The notes: generated by a model from the letters alone, not told the origin. Numbered from the stretch's first letter, positions 13,598 through 27,845 are shown. The stretch: 64,000 bases of DNA from Chrysomallon squamiferum (GCA_012295275.1 CM022677.1:5580001-5644000), one strand, 5' to 3'. Numbers and translations are program-made.

Positions 13598-16270
13598 AAA
13601 TTTGCTGAACATCTCATGGTTCTTCCTGACTGTAAAATAACATTTGACTGCCTCAGACCTGACTTTGACCATCTCATGTGTGTCAGGTGGACAGTCACTG
13701 GACAGCAGGCCTCAGTAAGTAAGTCATTTTAATGTGCAAATTAGTTGATTTGAGTAAATAGAAACTTTCATGACCGACTTTTCAAATTAAGTATTTAACA
13801 TATGTTAATTTACTGATGAAGCACATTGTTAGTTAATATAACTAAGATGTAAAACTGTGAACACAGACAAAACCTCAGGATCAGCTAAAAATGCCTCAGC
13901 TTCAGGTAAATTATTAAAAAAAAGGACAAAAACTCGTCCAATCAAAAAATGCACCGGCAGACAAAAGCCGCTCATACATAAACAAAAGGTAGTAGAAATT
14001 CTCTGCAGCTTTAATAACTGATTTGAAAGTAATCTACTTAATCAGCATACAGGTGACATAGCATACATTAGAAGTTGTGAATTTAGTCATGAAGTCATGT
14101 GATCCAGTGACATCTTGAGTTTTTGTCAGCTTTTGATATTACATTTTGTAAATCATATTTACTTTTAAAATGGTGAAATTCACAAAATGTACTGAGGTAC
14201 AATATGTCATTTTGTGAAATGTTACTGTGTATTCTAAGATATAAATTATCTTCATGTTGCCTTTACCTTATTATGGTTATGATCAAACACATTAAACTGA
14301 TAATTATACCAACATTTCTACTGTGTGTAAATCTGTTTGGTAATTTAAAACATTTTTTTGTTTAATCCTGAGAGTTTTATCAACATCTTCACTTTCAGAA
14401 ACGCAGTCCTACTTTGTCCTGTGAAACTAAACACAAACAGAAAACTCTCAACATGGTGACTATCAGCAAGTTTCCTCCTCACCTCAAAGTATCAAACATG
14501 TCCAGTCCATGACCCTGACTGATTTTGAAGATGCAGAAGTAGAATAAGGTAAGCTTGAACTTCTGAATAAAATTTTATTTTTATATTCAAGTATCAGATC
14601 GTTTGTATTTTATAATACAGTTATATATTGGGCAAACTTACATTTATATCACAAAGGGAACATAAAAGCTAAAATTTAAATAGTTTACTTGTGGTGTTTG
14701 CAAATAACTGAAATAAGAACGTTAATAGCAGATATATAGACTGTACACACTTATATCAGAAATAAAATCTTAAATAGTCGACTTGGATATTTGAAAATAA
14801 TTGAAATAAGAAAATGTGTTAACAGTATATACGGGCTATATACAGTATCATGATATTTTATTCTCAGATCCATTTGTTTGTCTTCATCCTTTTGAATCAA
14901 GTTTCTTCCTTCTCACTGAGATTATGATTCATTACACTCAAGTAAGAGATAAACAAGTTACATTACTTACACCTATTGCTTAATATTAATATTCACTATT
15001 AAAATATGGAAACATTTATGATATTTTCATGTAATAATATGAAATGGTAAGATGATAAAATAACAAATTCTGAAAGTGTAACGTAATAGCAATTATCTGA
15101 GATAAATAATGCTTGTTTTTTTCTATTCTGCAAATAAATGTCTATCTGAATTTAACACACAAACTGGAACTTTGAAATGGTTAAAACTTTTGAAGGGGTA
15201 AAAATCTCCCAGTATCTGGGTCTGTGTTATTTAGAAAAGCTGAGGAATTTGCTAGAATGTTTAAGATGTAAAGTTTAAAGCTGTGTCTGTGTGACTGGAT
15301 ACATTTAAGTGTCACACTGGATGAAAAATAACACAATTTTAATAAACAAAATTGTGTTAGAAGAAAATATACATAAAAAGTTAATTTTTTCAGATAAATG
15401 TTTCAGGGTTTTTGTAAAAGGAAATGCATATACACAGATTACATAATAATGATACATAACATAACCCCAACAGACATAATAAATGGAAATATGGTTTTTA
15501 AACTTCATTTGTTTATTTTTTTTTATCATCTATGTTTTTTTGTACTATCCTAACATTTTTTTAGAAAGATGATGTATGAAAACTGTTTGTGCTAGAGTTT
15601 CCAAATGTGTCGAGTATACAGAATTAATTGACTGTAACTTGCAGGTTTTCTAGCAGAATGTCAAAAACAAAACACTAATGAGAAGTGAGTATAAACATTA
15701 TATAACAGTAAATTCAGGTGAGGCATTCATTTCAACAGATAGCTGTATTACTTTTTAATTTTTATTTCTTTATTTGTTATAAAATAATATTTTTTTATTT
15801 ATTATATTTTTTGAAATATTACTTTTTTTTTAAGGTTCCATTTATTTGTTCTTTATTTTTAATTGCTAATTAGTTTATTTTTATATTATTTTATTATTAT
15901 TGTTGTTATTATTTTATTATTATTATTATTAGAAGTAGTAGTAGTAGTTGTTGTTCTTGTCGTGTTTCAAAATTCTTTCTGAATCAGTAATATAAATAAT
16001 TTGTGTTTGTCAGAATCAGATCAGCCAGGAGACAGTCTACTACTCTCAGTTGAGGGTTGTCACTGATAAAAAATGTTTTTTTTTTTTTTGATTTTTTTTT
16101 TTGGGACCAATTAATTTTATTTATTTACTTTGCAGTATGAACAAGCCCTTGCTGACCAGAAAAAGGTTGACCACTTGACCCAGTCTGCAGTGTGCAATTG
16201 ATGGAAGAACAATCAGTTTGCCAGTTCTAGATTTTGAGGGAAATTTGAGATAAAAAGATATAATGGACAG
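13598..16270 (+). pseudogene. Series of putative exons (13598-13714, 14399-14548, 14868-14941, 16136-16270) of a decayed gene or lncRNA
   Basis: Each has a pyrimidine tract + CAG acceptor and a GTAAGT/GTAAGC/GTAAGA/GTAATT donor and is GC-richer than its flanks; stops interrupt the frames I read; no family recognised. Confidence 0.4.
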
Positions 16271-16499
16271 GTAATTCAGTTTACTACCAGATTTTATAAA
16301 TTTTAAAATAATAAATTACGTAATGCCACATGAGAATGTTTTAATATTAATATTATTATTATATATAATTTTATTGTTTCTATGTAAATACTGATAGGTG
16401 TAGATGACACTGAATATGCATCTTGAATTAATTTTATTTCAGTTTAAATTTTGGACATTTAAAATGATAAAAAATATTTTTTACTACCAGATTTTTTGA

Positions 16500-16972
16500 A
16501 AAATTAGTTAACAGACTTGATTTAAAAATAAACTGTATATTTTTGTAATACTGTTACTATCAGATGTTTTACATCACAGAATGTTTTATTATAAACTGTG
16601 TGTACATTACATTTGTAATAATGTGTTATTATTTTTTAAATGCTAATTTTATCAGATGTTTTACATCACACATTAGTTAACAGACTTGATTGGTAAGTAA
16701 ACTGTGTGTACATTACATTTGTAATAGGTGTAGATGAGACATCACAAATCCAGTGCTAGTGAACAGACTCAGTGATTTTAATTTGTGTGTACATTACATT
16801 TTAAAACTGTTACTATCAGATGTTCACACATGAAAATATGAACAGACTGATTTAAAATGATAAACATACATTTGTGATACTGTTACTATCAGATGTTTTA
16901 CATCACACATCCAGTGCTAGTTAACAGACTCAGTGATTGGTAAGTAAACTCTGTGTACATTACATTTGTAAT
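16500..16972. repeat. Short, degenerate satellite A array (~4-5 units) at the position equivalent to 1-5997
   Basis: Contains TACTATCAGATGTTTTACATCACACATCCAGTGCTAGTTAACAGACTCAGTGATTGGTAAGT, interleaved with pieces of 16280-16480. Confidence 0.85.
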
Positions 16973-19199
16973 GCTAACATTTGTTTTGTTTTCAATGTTT
17001 TATTTTTCAGACACAAGCTGGTTGCTGTACACAGAGTACAGAAATCTAAACACAGCAAATTCTCACACAACAGAGCAGAGAAATCAGAGGAGAGTTACAG
17101 TTGACTGTCAGATGTTTCACATCACCCATCATGCTAGTTTAACAGGCTGCTTGACTGGTAAATAAGTGTGAACTTGTCTCTCAGACCTTTCAGCAACCAT
17201 GAAGTTCACTAAAATAACTTTCTGATTACAAGTGAAAAATAATTTGAAAAGGTCTGCTTCAGATGATGGACATTATTGTTATTATTGATAATGAAAGTGT
17301 GAGAGAAAAACATCTACATTTTCACTTTAATTAACACAGCTGTTTGTGTTTTCAGTTTTCAGTAACAGACTGCAGAAATGAAGATTGATACTACAATCTG
17401 TTACTTCTCATCTCAACTTTCTACTGTTAAGTCTCAACACATCTCATTTCAATTACATCTAGTCTTCATTTTACATGTCAAATTGTATAGTCTTCATTTC
17501 CAGGTAAATATTTATAATCAAGGACATTTCAATATAATTTATATAACTCTGAATATTATTTATATTTTAATTATAACTTTTAATTTTTTTTTTCTTCAGG
17601 GTTCTTTATCATGAGCTTGTTTTGAGAAAGAATGAATACACTGAGAAGTGGCTTTGATTCTAAATGACTTGTCAAGTTTGCCTCCAAGTTTTTAAAGTTG
17701 TCTGATGATCCTGAACTAAGCAAACAGAAGATGAACATCTCAAAAACAAATGTGAAGAACTGAATGTTTGGAGAATATTGAAATGTTTTAAAAACTGTTA
17801 CTTGTGTGAAGCACACACTACACTTACTGAGTAATTTAAAAACTGTGAATATAGACTCAAAGTCACAATGTTGTTCACGCAAGTTGTAATCAGATGTAGA
17901 TCAGTATTCAGAATGTTTGGATCAGACACAGGACCAAGTAGTCAAGTATGTGATAAACAGAAAAATTAATTTTTTTTAAATTGATTGATGTTAGAATCCT
18001 TGATGACTGTGTTAAAAAAGCCACACATTTTAGATTAAAAAGTGTTTGGTTCAAGGGAGATAATTTTTTATTTCATTTATTTATTTTTTAAATTTATTTG
18101 AAAGAATAATGTACTTAATCATCTATCAAAACATAAGATACCAAGACTTCTGGTAAAGATTTACCCAATAAAAGTGTGTTAATAAAATATAAAACATAAA
18201 ATGGAAGGAAACGTATAATGAACAATTTGAATTATCTGTCAAGTTATTTATTAATGTTACCATTTTTGGAAAACAGATGTCTTGATATTTTTTTTATTCC
18301 CTGTTATCTATTTCACTAATATATTTTATTGGATAAATCAGAAATCTTACAATTTTTAATTTGTCTAAAATTATCTTTTTGATATGAAAAAGTAGTTTTG
18401 ATATTGTTAATCTTTTGTTTCATGTTGAAATAAATATTTCAATTATTTTGTTTTATGTTTTAATTATACATTTTTAACTAGCATTATTAAACTTAAGAAA
18501 CAGCTTCCTAAGAGTGAGGAATATTGTTATTTATATAGTTTTGTACATGAACCCAGATGTAGTATAAATGTATGTATTTCTGTTTGTGTTTGTGTGTGTG
18601 TGTGTGCATGTGTGCTTAAAATATAAATATAATATATGAGATATGAGATATTTCACGAAGTAGTGAATGCAGATCATTTTTTTTCTCCTATCACTGTCTG
18701 TTTAACTCATTTTTTCTTAATGTTATATACACTGATTCAGCTGTTTGTACTAGAAATGTGGACACAGTCACAACGTGATGTGTAGATTGGGAAAAAAAGT
18801 GCTGACTACAGCACTGCAAGAAGACAGCAATTATTGTATTCGCTTCTCTGCAAACACTGAGAATGTATTCCAACTCTCAGCCAAATAAACATTGTCTGAG
18901 AGTTGGAAGCTTTTTTCAGTGTGTGCAGCACTGTTAAATAATTGATAGTCTGTTCCCTATTCAACACAGGAATGCTAATGATCACTATGTGACAGGTGTT
19001 TTTTTGTGTCTATATATGTATGTGTGTTTTAAGAAGTAAGATGTAAATTATGACTGAGATAGGAATATATATATTTTTATTTTTGTCTGTATGTGTATGT
19101 GTGTTTTAAACAATAAGATTTAAACTATGACTGAGATAGAAACCTGCTACATGCCTGATTTCATAGCCCTGTGAATGTTTTCATGCTTTATCTTGGTGT

Positions 19200-19740
19200 G
19201 TGGTTCCTAATAATATAAACAGGCGCCCGGCCACTGCGACTAACATCTTCATGGATGTCAACTTCTCCAAGGCTCCAGCTCAGTTCTGCCAGGTTTATGT
19301 GCTTCGTGTTCCTTTCCGTGACGTTGGAATGACGTGTGTTTACGCGCTGCTGCAGAACAAGTCCAGTTCTGTGTACGATGAACTGTTTCAAGCGGTTGTG
19401 GACAAGAGTGAGGAGTACGGACATGAGGCCACTCTCATTGTCGGCCACCAAACGAACAACAGTGCTGAATGGTGGAACAATAAGTTTTTCAGCTTGGTCG
19501 ACCATCATCATCTTCTGTCTGGAAAGTTATCCAGTGGTTCCAGCGTGAAGAATCCACTGTACGCACCGTTCTTCAAGAGGATGCAGTTGTTAACCCCCGA
19601 AGAAGCGCAAGAACAAGGGTCATATTAGCCTTCAGAGGAGAAGCAAATCCTTGTGCCAGGATCGTGTGAATAGTTCCAAGTCCATTCCTGAGTTTTTGGT
19701 TGGAGTCAGACACGACATTTGTATTACCAAGTGCTTATGA
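19200..19740 (+). mobile_element. MULE/Mutator transposase remnant, second copy with the same internal deletion
   Basis: ORF 19200-19628 nearly identical to 7707-8102; same ATL|IVGHQTNN junction. Confidence 0.85.
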
Positions 19741-21049
19741 CCTAAATGATACAAAGAAATTCATATATGAGAATAAATTTGTTGTGAATGAAACTGTTTC
19801 TTTCTTTCCATTTCCTGTTTTCCTAGCCTAAAATTGTTTCTTTCTTTTCTGTTTCTTTTGTTACTGTTTCTTCCTTTCCGTTTACCGTTTAATTTAGACA
19901 AATATAGCGTTGTGTAACATTTGAACCGTTTAATTTAGACAAATATAGCGTTGGAACATTTGAACGGCTTCTTAGGGTTAGATTATTTTTCATTTTAGGG
20001 TTCGGGTTTAGAGCGCTGAATAGAGTGGTAAACATCTCAAAATACTCAGTGTAATGGATTAGAGACAAAGCGAGCGTGGTTAGAAAAACATTGAATCACT
20101 GTCTTTAGCTGCTGAGCTGGCAGAATCTGCTGAGAAAAAAAAATCTCACTGATTTGACTAATCTAATAATTTCAGGAGGTACAACTTGAAACTCAGGTCC
20201 TAAGATGTAAAATAACAAAATGATAGAGAAATGCAACTGGTAATTCAGGCAACAAACCCATAAGGATTAGGATTTGGGGCATTTTAAAGGTATGGGTTGT
20301 TAATTGAATAAGAAGAAATGAATACGACACGACAACTTTTTGTTAACAATACTTCTGTATTCATATTTCTCTCAATCTGCCTTACATGCCATCATCTCAT
20401 GTCCACACCAAAAATAAAAATGCATTTAAAACGCGAAAATAAATTACATTAGTTTTGTCTTTACTAGTAATCCTACCTGAATACTATGCAGCTTCGTCGA
20501 GGGAAACGTTTTGACTGTGACAAACATATCTAAAAACTGTGAAAACAACCCAACTTTGTTGTGATTGAGTTTGCTTGGAAATGGTTTTGGAAATTTGGAT
20601 TTGTGGGCTATGTAAGATTTTGAAAATACAGTGTTTGTGGTGATGGCAGTAGTAATAGCAATAATAATAATAATAAAGTAGTTGCAGCAATATCATCCGT
20701 AACGGTAGTAGTAGTAGTAGTAGTAGCATAAGCGGTATTAGTGATAGTTATATTGGTAGTGGCACTACTAGTAGCAGTAGTTGTTGTAGTAGTAGTAATG
20801 GACTGAACTTCCTTTATCTTGAAATGGTTTTTTTAAATCAAAAACTCTTTTCGATCAACCGAGACATGATTATTTATAGTTTGTGGGCGGTTTTCCATGA
20901 ATACACCATTTAATTTGATAATATTATTATTGAACCATCTCGATGTATCGCTACGTTGAAAAAATAAAATAAAAAGTAAAAATAAAAATAAAAATAATAA
21001 ATAAATAAAACCCATACAATTCAAATTCCGAGATAATACCGGCCCCACG

Positions 21050-21913
21050 ATAAGATATGCTCACTGAACAGTAACAGAAGTATGAGTTTAAAATGAGATA
21101 TGCTCACTGAACAGTAACAGAAGTATGAGTTTAAAATGAGATATGCTCACTGAACAGTAATAGAAGTACGAGTTTAAAATGAGATATGCTCACTGAACAG
21201 TAACAGAAGTATGAGTTTAACATAAGATATGCTCACTGAACAGTAACAGAAGTATGAGTTTAAAATGAGATATGCTCACTGAACAGTAACACAGAAGTAT
21301 GAGTTTAAAATGAGATATGCTCACTGAACAGTAACAGAAGTATGAGTTTAAAATGAGATATGCTCACTGAACAGTAACAGAAGTATGAGTTTAACATAAG
21401 ATATGCTCACTGAACAGTAACAGAAGTATGAGTTTAAAATGAGATATGCTCACTGAACAGTAACAGAAGTATGAGTTTAAAATGAGATATGCTCATTGAA
21501 CAGTAATAGAAGTATGAGTTTAACATAAGATATGCTCACTGAACAGTAACAGAAGTATGAGTTTAAAATGAGATATGCTCACTGAACAGTAACAGAAGTA
21601 TGAGTTTAAAATGAGATATGCTCACTGAACAGTAACAGAAGTATGAGTTTAAAATGAGATATGCTCACTGAACAGTAACAGAAGTATGAGTTTAAAATGA
21701 GATATGCTCACTGAACAGTAACAGAAGTATGAGTTTAACATAAGATATGCTCACTGAACAGTAACAGAAGTATGAGTTTAAAATGAGATATGCTCACTGA
21801 ACAGTAACAGAAGTATGAGTTTAAAATGAGATATGCTCACTGAACAGTAACAGAAGTATGAGTTTAACATAAGATATGCTCACTGAACAGTAACAGAAGT
21901 ATGAGTTTAACAT
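21050..21913. repeat. Satellite B (43 bp), about 20 copies
   Basis: Same unit as 9590-11783. Confidence 0.98.
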
Positions 21914-22038
21914 GTTTAACACCAAGTTTTAAAATTACAGCCACACGTCTTGTCATCAGTTCTGTCCTGTGAAAATACGACCCAGTGTCAGGCTGCTGGC
22001 TTGGCGAGGTTTTGGTTTTATGCTCACTGTAAGAAACC

Positions 22039-22203
22039 TTGTGAACACTGGCCCGTTGGCTTCAGCTTCAACTACTACGACATTCCTCAAGACTTGTGAA
22101 CACTGGCCCGCTGGCTTCAGCTTCAACTACTACGACATTCCTCAAGACTTGTGAACACTGGCCCGCTGGCTTCAGCTTCAACTACTACGACATTCCTCAA
22201 GAC
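22039..22203. repeat. 55-bp GC-richer tandem repeat x3
   Basis: TTGTGAACACTGGCCCGCTGGCTTCAGCTTCAACTACTACGACATTCCTCAAGAC x3. Confidence 0.95.
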
Positions 22204-24323
22204 TGTAAATGTCGACAGTAATTCAGTTAAAATTTCTGTGTTTAGAAACATATTAAGATGAAATAAAATTCAAGTAATAAACATATAACACATTTTTTTT
22301 TCACTTCTTTAACACGTTTTACTTACTAACAGGATCGAGATCTATACAGGATCTTCAGTACGGCTCTTAAATAATTCCTGTTCTAACCGTTGCTTCGTGA
22401 ATACAGTTATTTTCCTTAATTGTCCTTAAACCAGAAATTGTCAACAGTGAAACTCTAAAGAAAAAAAATATCACCAGAAGATTCATCCCGTCACCTCTAC
22501 ATTTTAAATGTTTATTGATTTATTTATTTTTTTTTTTTTTTTTTTTTCGTAAAGTTTATTTTCAGCAGTTATTATTACAAACTTATCGCTACAAGATTTT
22601 GGGGCACTTGTTTTAATATTTTTGTTCTAAATAATGCATATGGACGTATTTTTGTGACATTGTAATTTCTCTTTCACGCTTCACTAAATTAAACTGGTAA
22701 TGATAAAAGAAAGAAAGGCGCGAACCAAGAGAATTTGACTTTCTGATAATTTTGCTAAATTAGCTGCGAGCATCCTTTATACTATTATCATTATAAAACA
22801 ATCTTACACAAATATCTGCATCTAATTAACATTAAAATATATTTAGGTGCCTTTCTTCAAATTCACTTTACTTGCACATTAACTGACGTATGTTGAACGT
22901 ATTTGTAGATGAGTCACAGTTTAAAGTGATTGTTCTTGTGTTAATGTGTTACGTAATTTCTTTCAGCTACTAACGTCTACTTTGATTATGCAAATAACAT
23001 GAAACTGCATTTTAAATGTTTTGTAATCGTTATAGTATAACCCTTGCTTCTTTTGTACTGAATAAAGAACATTACATTATAACTTTAGGAATGGATGAAT
23101 GAATTAATGAGTAAACAGATGAATAATGAACGAAGTACATTCAGTAAAAAGAATTACGTATTTCGGCCAGCTTAATTTTCTACAATGCTTTCAATCTCTT
23201 TTTCCCTTTTCTGACAGATCTTCATTTTTCTTTTCAAATATCATAACAGTTTCTATTCTTTTAAAACAGACGGTGACGATTTTTTTGTTTTTCTCTTCTG
23301 TTTTTTTTTTTGTTTTAACATATTTGTTTTATCTCCTTCGTCATTATTCAGAAACTAAATATTTTAATATCGTTTTTATCTGGATTAGTATTTGCAGTCT
23401 GAGTTAATCGAAAGCCTATTTCGAAAGGAAAGAGTAGTTTATTTATTTATTTATTTGCTGTTGCTGTTGTTTTTACTAATTTAGAGACTGAAATGAAATA
23501 AATGAAGGCAGTTAGCATTTGAAGAGAATTTGACTAACTTTTACATACCCTTGAGGTTAATATCATTTATTTACCCGCTGACAAGTCATAGGTCTCGATG
23601 ACTGTTTCCTCGTAGACTACACAATAATGTTTGTTTTCACAGTGCAGCGTGCTCAGTAGTACAAGCGACTAGTAAAACTATACTGAGTTATAAAAATGTG
23701 TTTTGTTTGTTTGTTGTTCTTTTTTGTTTTGTTTTTTTAATGTATCATAATCAAGTATTAACAAATGAATGAATAATAACAACAACAATTATAGTAACAA
23801 TAATAGTTTTAGTCACACACATGTCATTTACCTTTCTAAGTTTTAGACAAATTGTAATCCTACATATATGCACATACAATAGATGACCCATAATAAAACA
23901 GTACACACAAGGACATTGCCTTTCTCTATAGTTAATTTGATTTTCTCACTATCTAGTTCATTTTATTTTCTTGCTATCTAGTAATTTTGATTTTCTTCAT
24001 ATCTACGTATTTGGATTTCCTCAGTAGAGAGAAGCTTTTGTAAAAAAAAAAAAAAAAAAAACCATGAATAATGATGTAGTAACAGTTTGACACATTTCCT
24101 TTTTATTAACTGAAATTCTGTGTAGGAAAAGATAAAGTAATTCACCAGTGAAACTAAACACACCAACAATTTGGATATGGAAAGACTTCCAAGACTGTTT
24201 CAGAAAAGAAAATGTTTATTGTATATTTTATGTATTTTATTTCATTTTCTAAATGAAAATTGACACATGAATTAATAATACATAAAATCTGAAAACATCT
24301 GTTTTGTTTTGTTCTGTTGACAG

Positions 24324-25146
24324 GACTGAAGAGTTGTATGGTCAGTGACAGACAACTGGTTTAACTTACAACAACTAAAATCTAAAGATGGGTTAAACTG
24401 ATTTTGTAAGTAAATGTTTTGAGAGTAAGGTATTCATGTGTATATGTGATTCTGCAGCAAGTTTTATAATGAACAACAACAAATAGAGGTGAGGAATAAT
24501 TCAGTAAATTATTTATAAATGTGAATTCATCTCTGTTACAGTGTTAAACTTATGTTTATGTCTCTAAATGACAGCAGAGATTCACTCAGTATTTTATGAA
24601 GAGTATGTTTTCACCTGGTTCCGATACAAAATGGTTATACAAATCTATTTGATTGTCAAACTTGTGAAATCAGCTAATTTTTCCACTGAGAACAGAGGTG
24701 GGCATGCTATCTTATTAAAAATATACTAGCAAATTGTGCTGATCTATAATTTTTATTGCTTTATATTTGATTCGTATAATTTTATTTTGTAAATGAACCA
24801 GATCCATGTATACTGATAATAAAATTTTAGTATTTTTGCATCTGTTTTCAGTCTGTTAATGATTTTTGAAAAATGACAGTTATAATGGATTTATTTTTAA
24901 TTTTATTAAATTTTTTTCTTGGCTTTTAATTCTTCTCTTTTTTTAAATTACAGTCAGTTACATAACAGAAAGTCTTTTATAATAATAATAAAAAAATGTA
25001 TTACTTGACAATATTAATTTAAGAAAGGTAAATCAGTGTGTAAGTTTTGTACTGTTGACAGGACAGAAGAGTTGTATGGTCAGTGACAGACAACTGGTTT
25101 AACATACAAAAGCTAGTGTTTAGAAATGGGTTAAACTGAACTGGAA
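24324..25146 (+). other. Tandemly duplicated short exon-like segment (24324-24405 and 25062-25146), possibly 5' UTR exons
   Basis: Both read CTGTTGACAG|GAC(T/A)GAAGAGTTGTATGGTCAGTGACAGACAACTGGTTTAAC...GGGTTAAACTGA..|GTAAGT. Confidence 0.6.
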
Positions 25147-25686
25147 GTAAGTAAGTGTTCTGTTTGATTAAATTAGTTACATTTACACACAAACAGAAGT
25201 ATAAACATACACAGTCAAATTAAAGTGTAATAAATGTGACAGTCATGAAAAATTAAAACAGTTTAATATTATAAGTGTACAATGTACAGAGAAAGTCTGA
25301 TGAAACTTCAGGAAAATCAAACATGAAAGTGTGTACGCACTTTAAATAAAATAAATTAGACTGTAACTTACTTAACTGAATTCTGATGACATGATTTTAC
25401 CTGTGTTATCGCTACTAAGTGGTTGGAATTAGTTTTTGACTTTTCTTTGTGTATGGAGACAGACCAACGTGTTTTTAGTATGAAAAATGTGTTAAATGTA
25501 AAGTTGATGTCCACAAACCTAAATTAATAGCAATGGAGTAATTTTCATGGACTCTTGTTATATTGCACACGTTTAGTCATTTCCAGTGATTTTATACAAA
25601 TGTTCTGATGGTATCTTTCATATATCTTTGTAATGTTCAGGTAAACTTGGAATAACACTAGAAAATATGTGTGTTTCAGGTTGACT

Positions 25687-25802
25687 ATGTCTCTTCGACA
25701 AAGCAGCAGAACAGCTGAGAAACACAGAAACTCAGAGCCAGAACCTGGCCCAGTCAGCCCATCACCACCTCAGAACAAGAAAAAAAAGAAATCCAAAACA
25801 AG
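25687..25802 (+). CDS. Putative first coding exon MSLRQSSRTAEKHRNSEPEPGPVSPSPPQNKKKKKSKTR (basic NLS-like); rest of gene not resolved
   Basis: Acceptor TTTCAG at 25679, ATG at 25687, open frame to donor AG|GTAATT at 25802/25803. Confidence 0.4.
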
Positions 25803-27189
25803 GTAATTAATGACAACGAAGTTTTTATCAACAGCATTGTGATCACTGCTTTCACATCCATTTTTATATAAAAACTCATAGTAATATTAGCCTTTTATTA
25901 TTTAAACAAATATTTTAATAATTTATTTTTGTAAAAAAATTCAAAACTACAGTATACAAAGCTACAGTATCACTATGAGCATCACTTATATAACATAATT
26001 TAGTACAGTTGACAAAACTAAGAATATAACTTAGTAAAACTATTCACATGTTATGTTATTTTGATAAGTAAAAATAAAACTTTGTAAAAATATTCAGAAG
26101 TTATATTTATGTATTATTTTTATAACATAATTTAGTGCATTGACAAAACAAAGAATTATAACTTAGTAAAACTAATGAGAAATTATAATTTTATTGCTTA
26201 TGTAGCATATTTCACTAATAAGACAGACAAGACTAAGATTGATTGGGATTGATTCTAATGTTATTTATATGAATCCACGCATGAATCTGAATCCTGAACT
26301 GTGAAGTGACCCATGTGTGATTGTTCTATATGTTTTAAACATTATTATTTACAAATTGTTATATCTCAACTGAAAAATGTTAGCTCAAGAAATAATATGC
26401 GCGAAGTTTGAAAATCAAAGATGAAAGTGTGTCTGCATTTTCAATAAGACAAAGTTGTTTATCACTTATTTAACTGAATTCTGATGACAAAATTTCAATA
26501 TTTCAATATACTGTTTAGTTTTGATAGAAAATTATAAACAGTAAAAAATAATTTTTGTATTTGTAATAATAGAATATTTCAATGTATTGTTTATGTTATT
26601 AATGATAAATTCTAAACTGACAATAGTATTGTTTACATTTGGAACAATACACTTGTTTCAATATATTGTTTATTCTATCTTCGGAATTACTAAATTGAAA
26701 CTTCTTATATTTATATTGATAATGAATTAGCAATTTAAAGTCTTTGTGGCCTTTTTGTTTCACAGTAAAGCAAAACACACACTGGTTACTGTTTGATTAT
26801 TTCATCATGACCATTATAATTATTCTTGTTTTTCTGTTACACATTTTAAAACTGTAAAGTAATGTATATTTGATACACCTACACTTAATCAGATAAAACA
26901 TTTTTTAAATCATATATTATTATATTTAATAATACTTTTAACAAATAATAGATTGTATTAATACTGTATGCTGTCCTTACAGATACAAACATTTAAAAAC
27001 AAAAATAAGCTTGTGAGATATAAATAAAAAAAAACAACAACTTGTACGACAAACAGTAAATATTATATTTTGCTGTGCAAATGTTCATTTAGGAGTAGAA
27101 GATAATTTAATTCGAAAGTTGAAAACTGAAACTTTTCTTTTTCTCTACATGTTTTATATATAACAGAAAACACATCAGGTTGCACTTTT

Positions 27190-27655
27190 AAAAGGTGCAG
27201 CACCTTTGGTAAATGTTGGAAACGTTTTTGCCACACTCGCCCTGACGGCGCGCACGTTTTGCACACGTCGAAATATTTTTCCCCACCAAACGGTATAGTG
27301 CCACACCGATTTTCAACTTTTGAAAGACGAATTTTTTCAAGTTTCGTTGAAAATGCTAGGGGTACCTTTTTCAAAGTGCAATAACTATTTCCGAGCACGT
27401 GGGAAAAATCGGGCGCACATACCCAAAAGTGGGGCAAGGGTTGCCCGACACGAGTCAAAAGTGCCACACGCCCCACCCAAAGGGAACAGCTCGTTTCCGA
27501 CACTTGCACAAAAAACGCACATGTTTTTGAAAATTTGCTCCTTTTTTTATTCAAATGCATTTTCAAAAGGTGCAGCACCTTTGGTAAATGTTGGAAACGT
27601 TTTTCCCACACTCGCCCCGACGGCGCGCACATTTTGCACACGTTGAAATATTTTT
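27190..27655. repeat. CpG-rich 374-bp repeat, ~1.25 copies (diverged variant)
   Basis: AAAAGGTGCAGCACCTTTGGTAAATGTTGGAAACG.. at ~27190 and ~27565; same unit as 28625-29474. Confidence 0.93.
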
Positions 27656-27845
27656 CATTTTCATTTTTTTCATTTTCTCTCGTCATATTTTTATTTATTT
27701 ATTTATTTATTTATTTATTTTTTTAAATTATTATTTTTTTCTTAATATTTCATTCTTTCTTTCTTTCTTTCTTTATTTATTTTGTTTATTTATTTATTTA
27801 TTGATTTATTTATTTATTTTTTTTTTTTTCATCTGCAGTCTTTAA

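Larger units (their letters stand above)
16880..21913 (+). repeat. Segmental duplication I, copy 2
   Basis: See 5940-11783. Confidence 0.93.

Noticed and set aside
16500-16880. Mosaic of satellite A with upstream intron sequence as a novel recombinant
   Set aside because: The interleaving pattern is typical of consensus averaging over a collapsed repeat.
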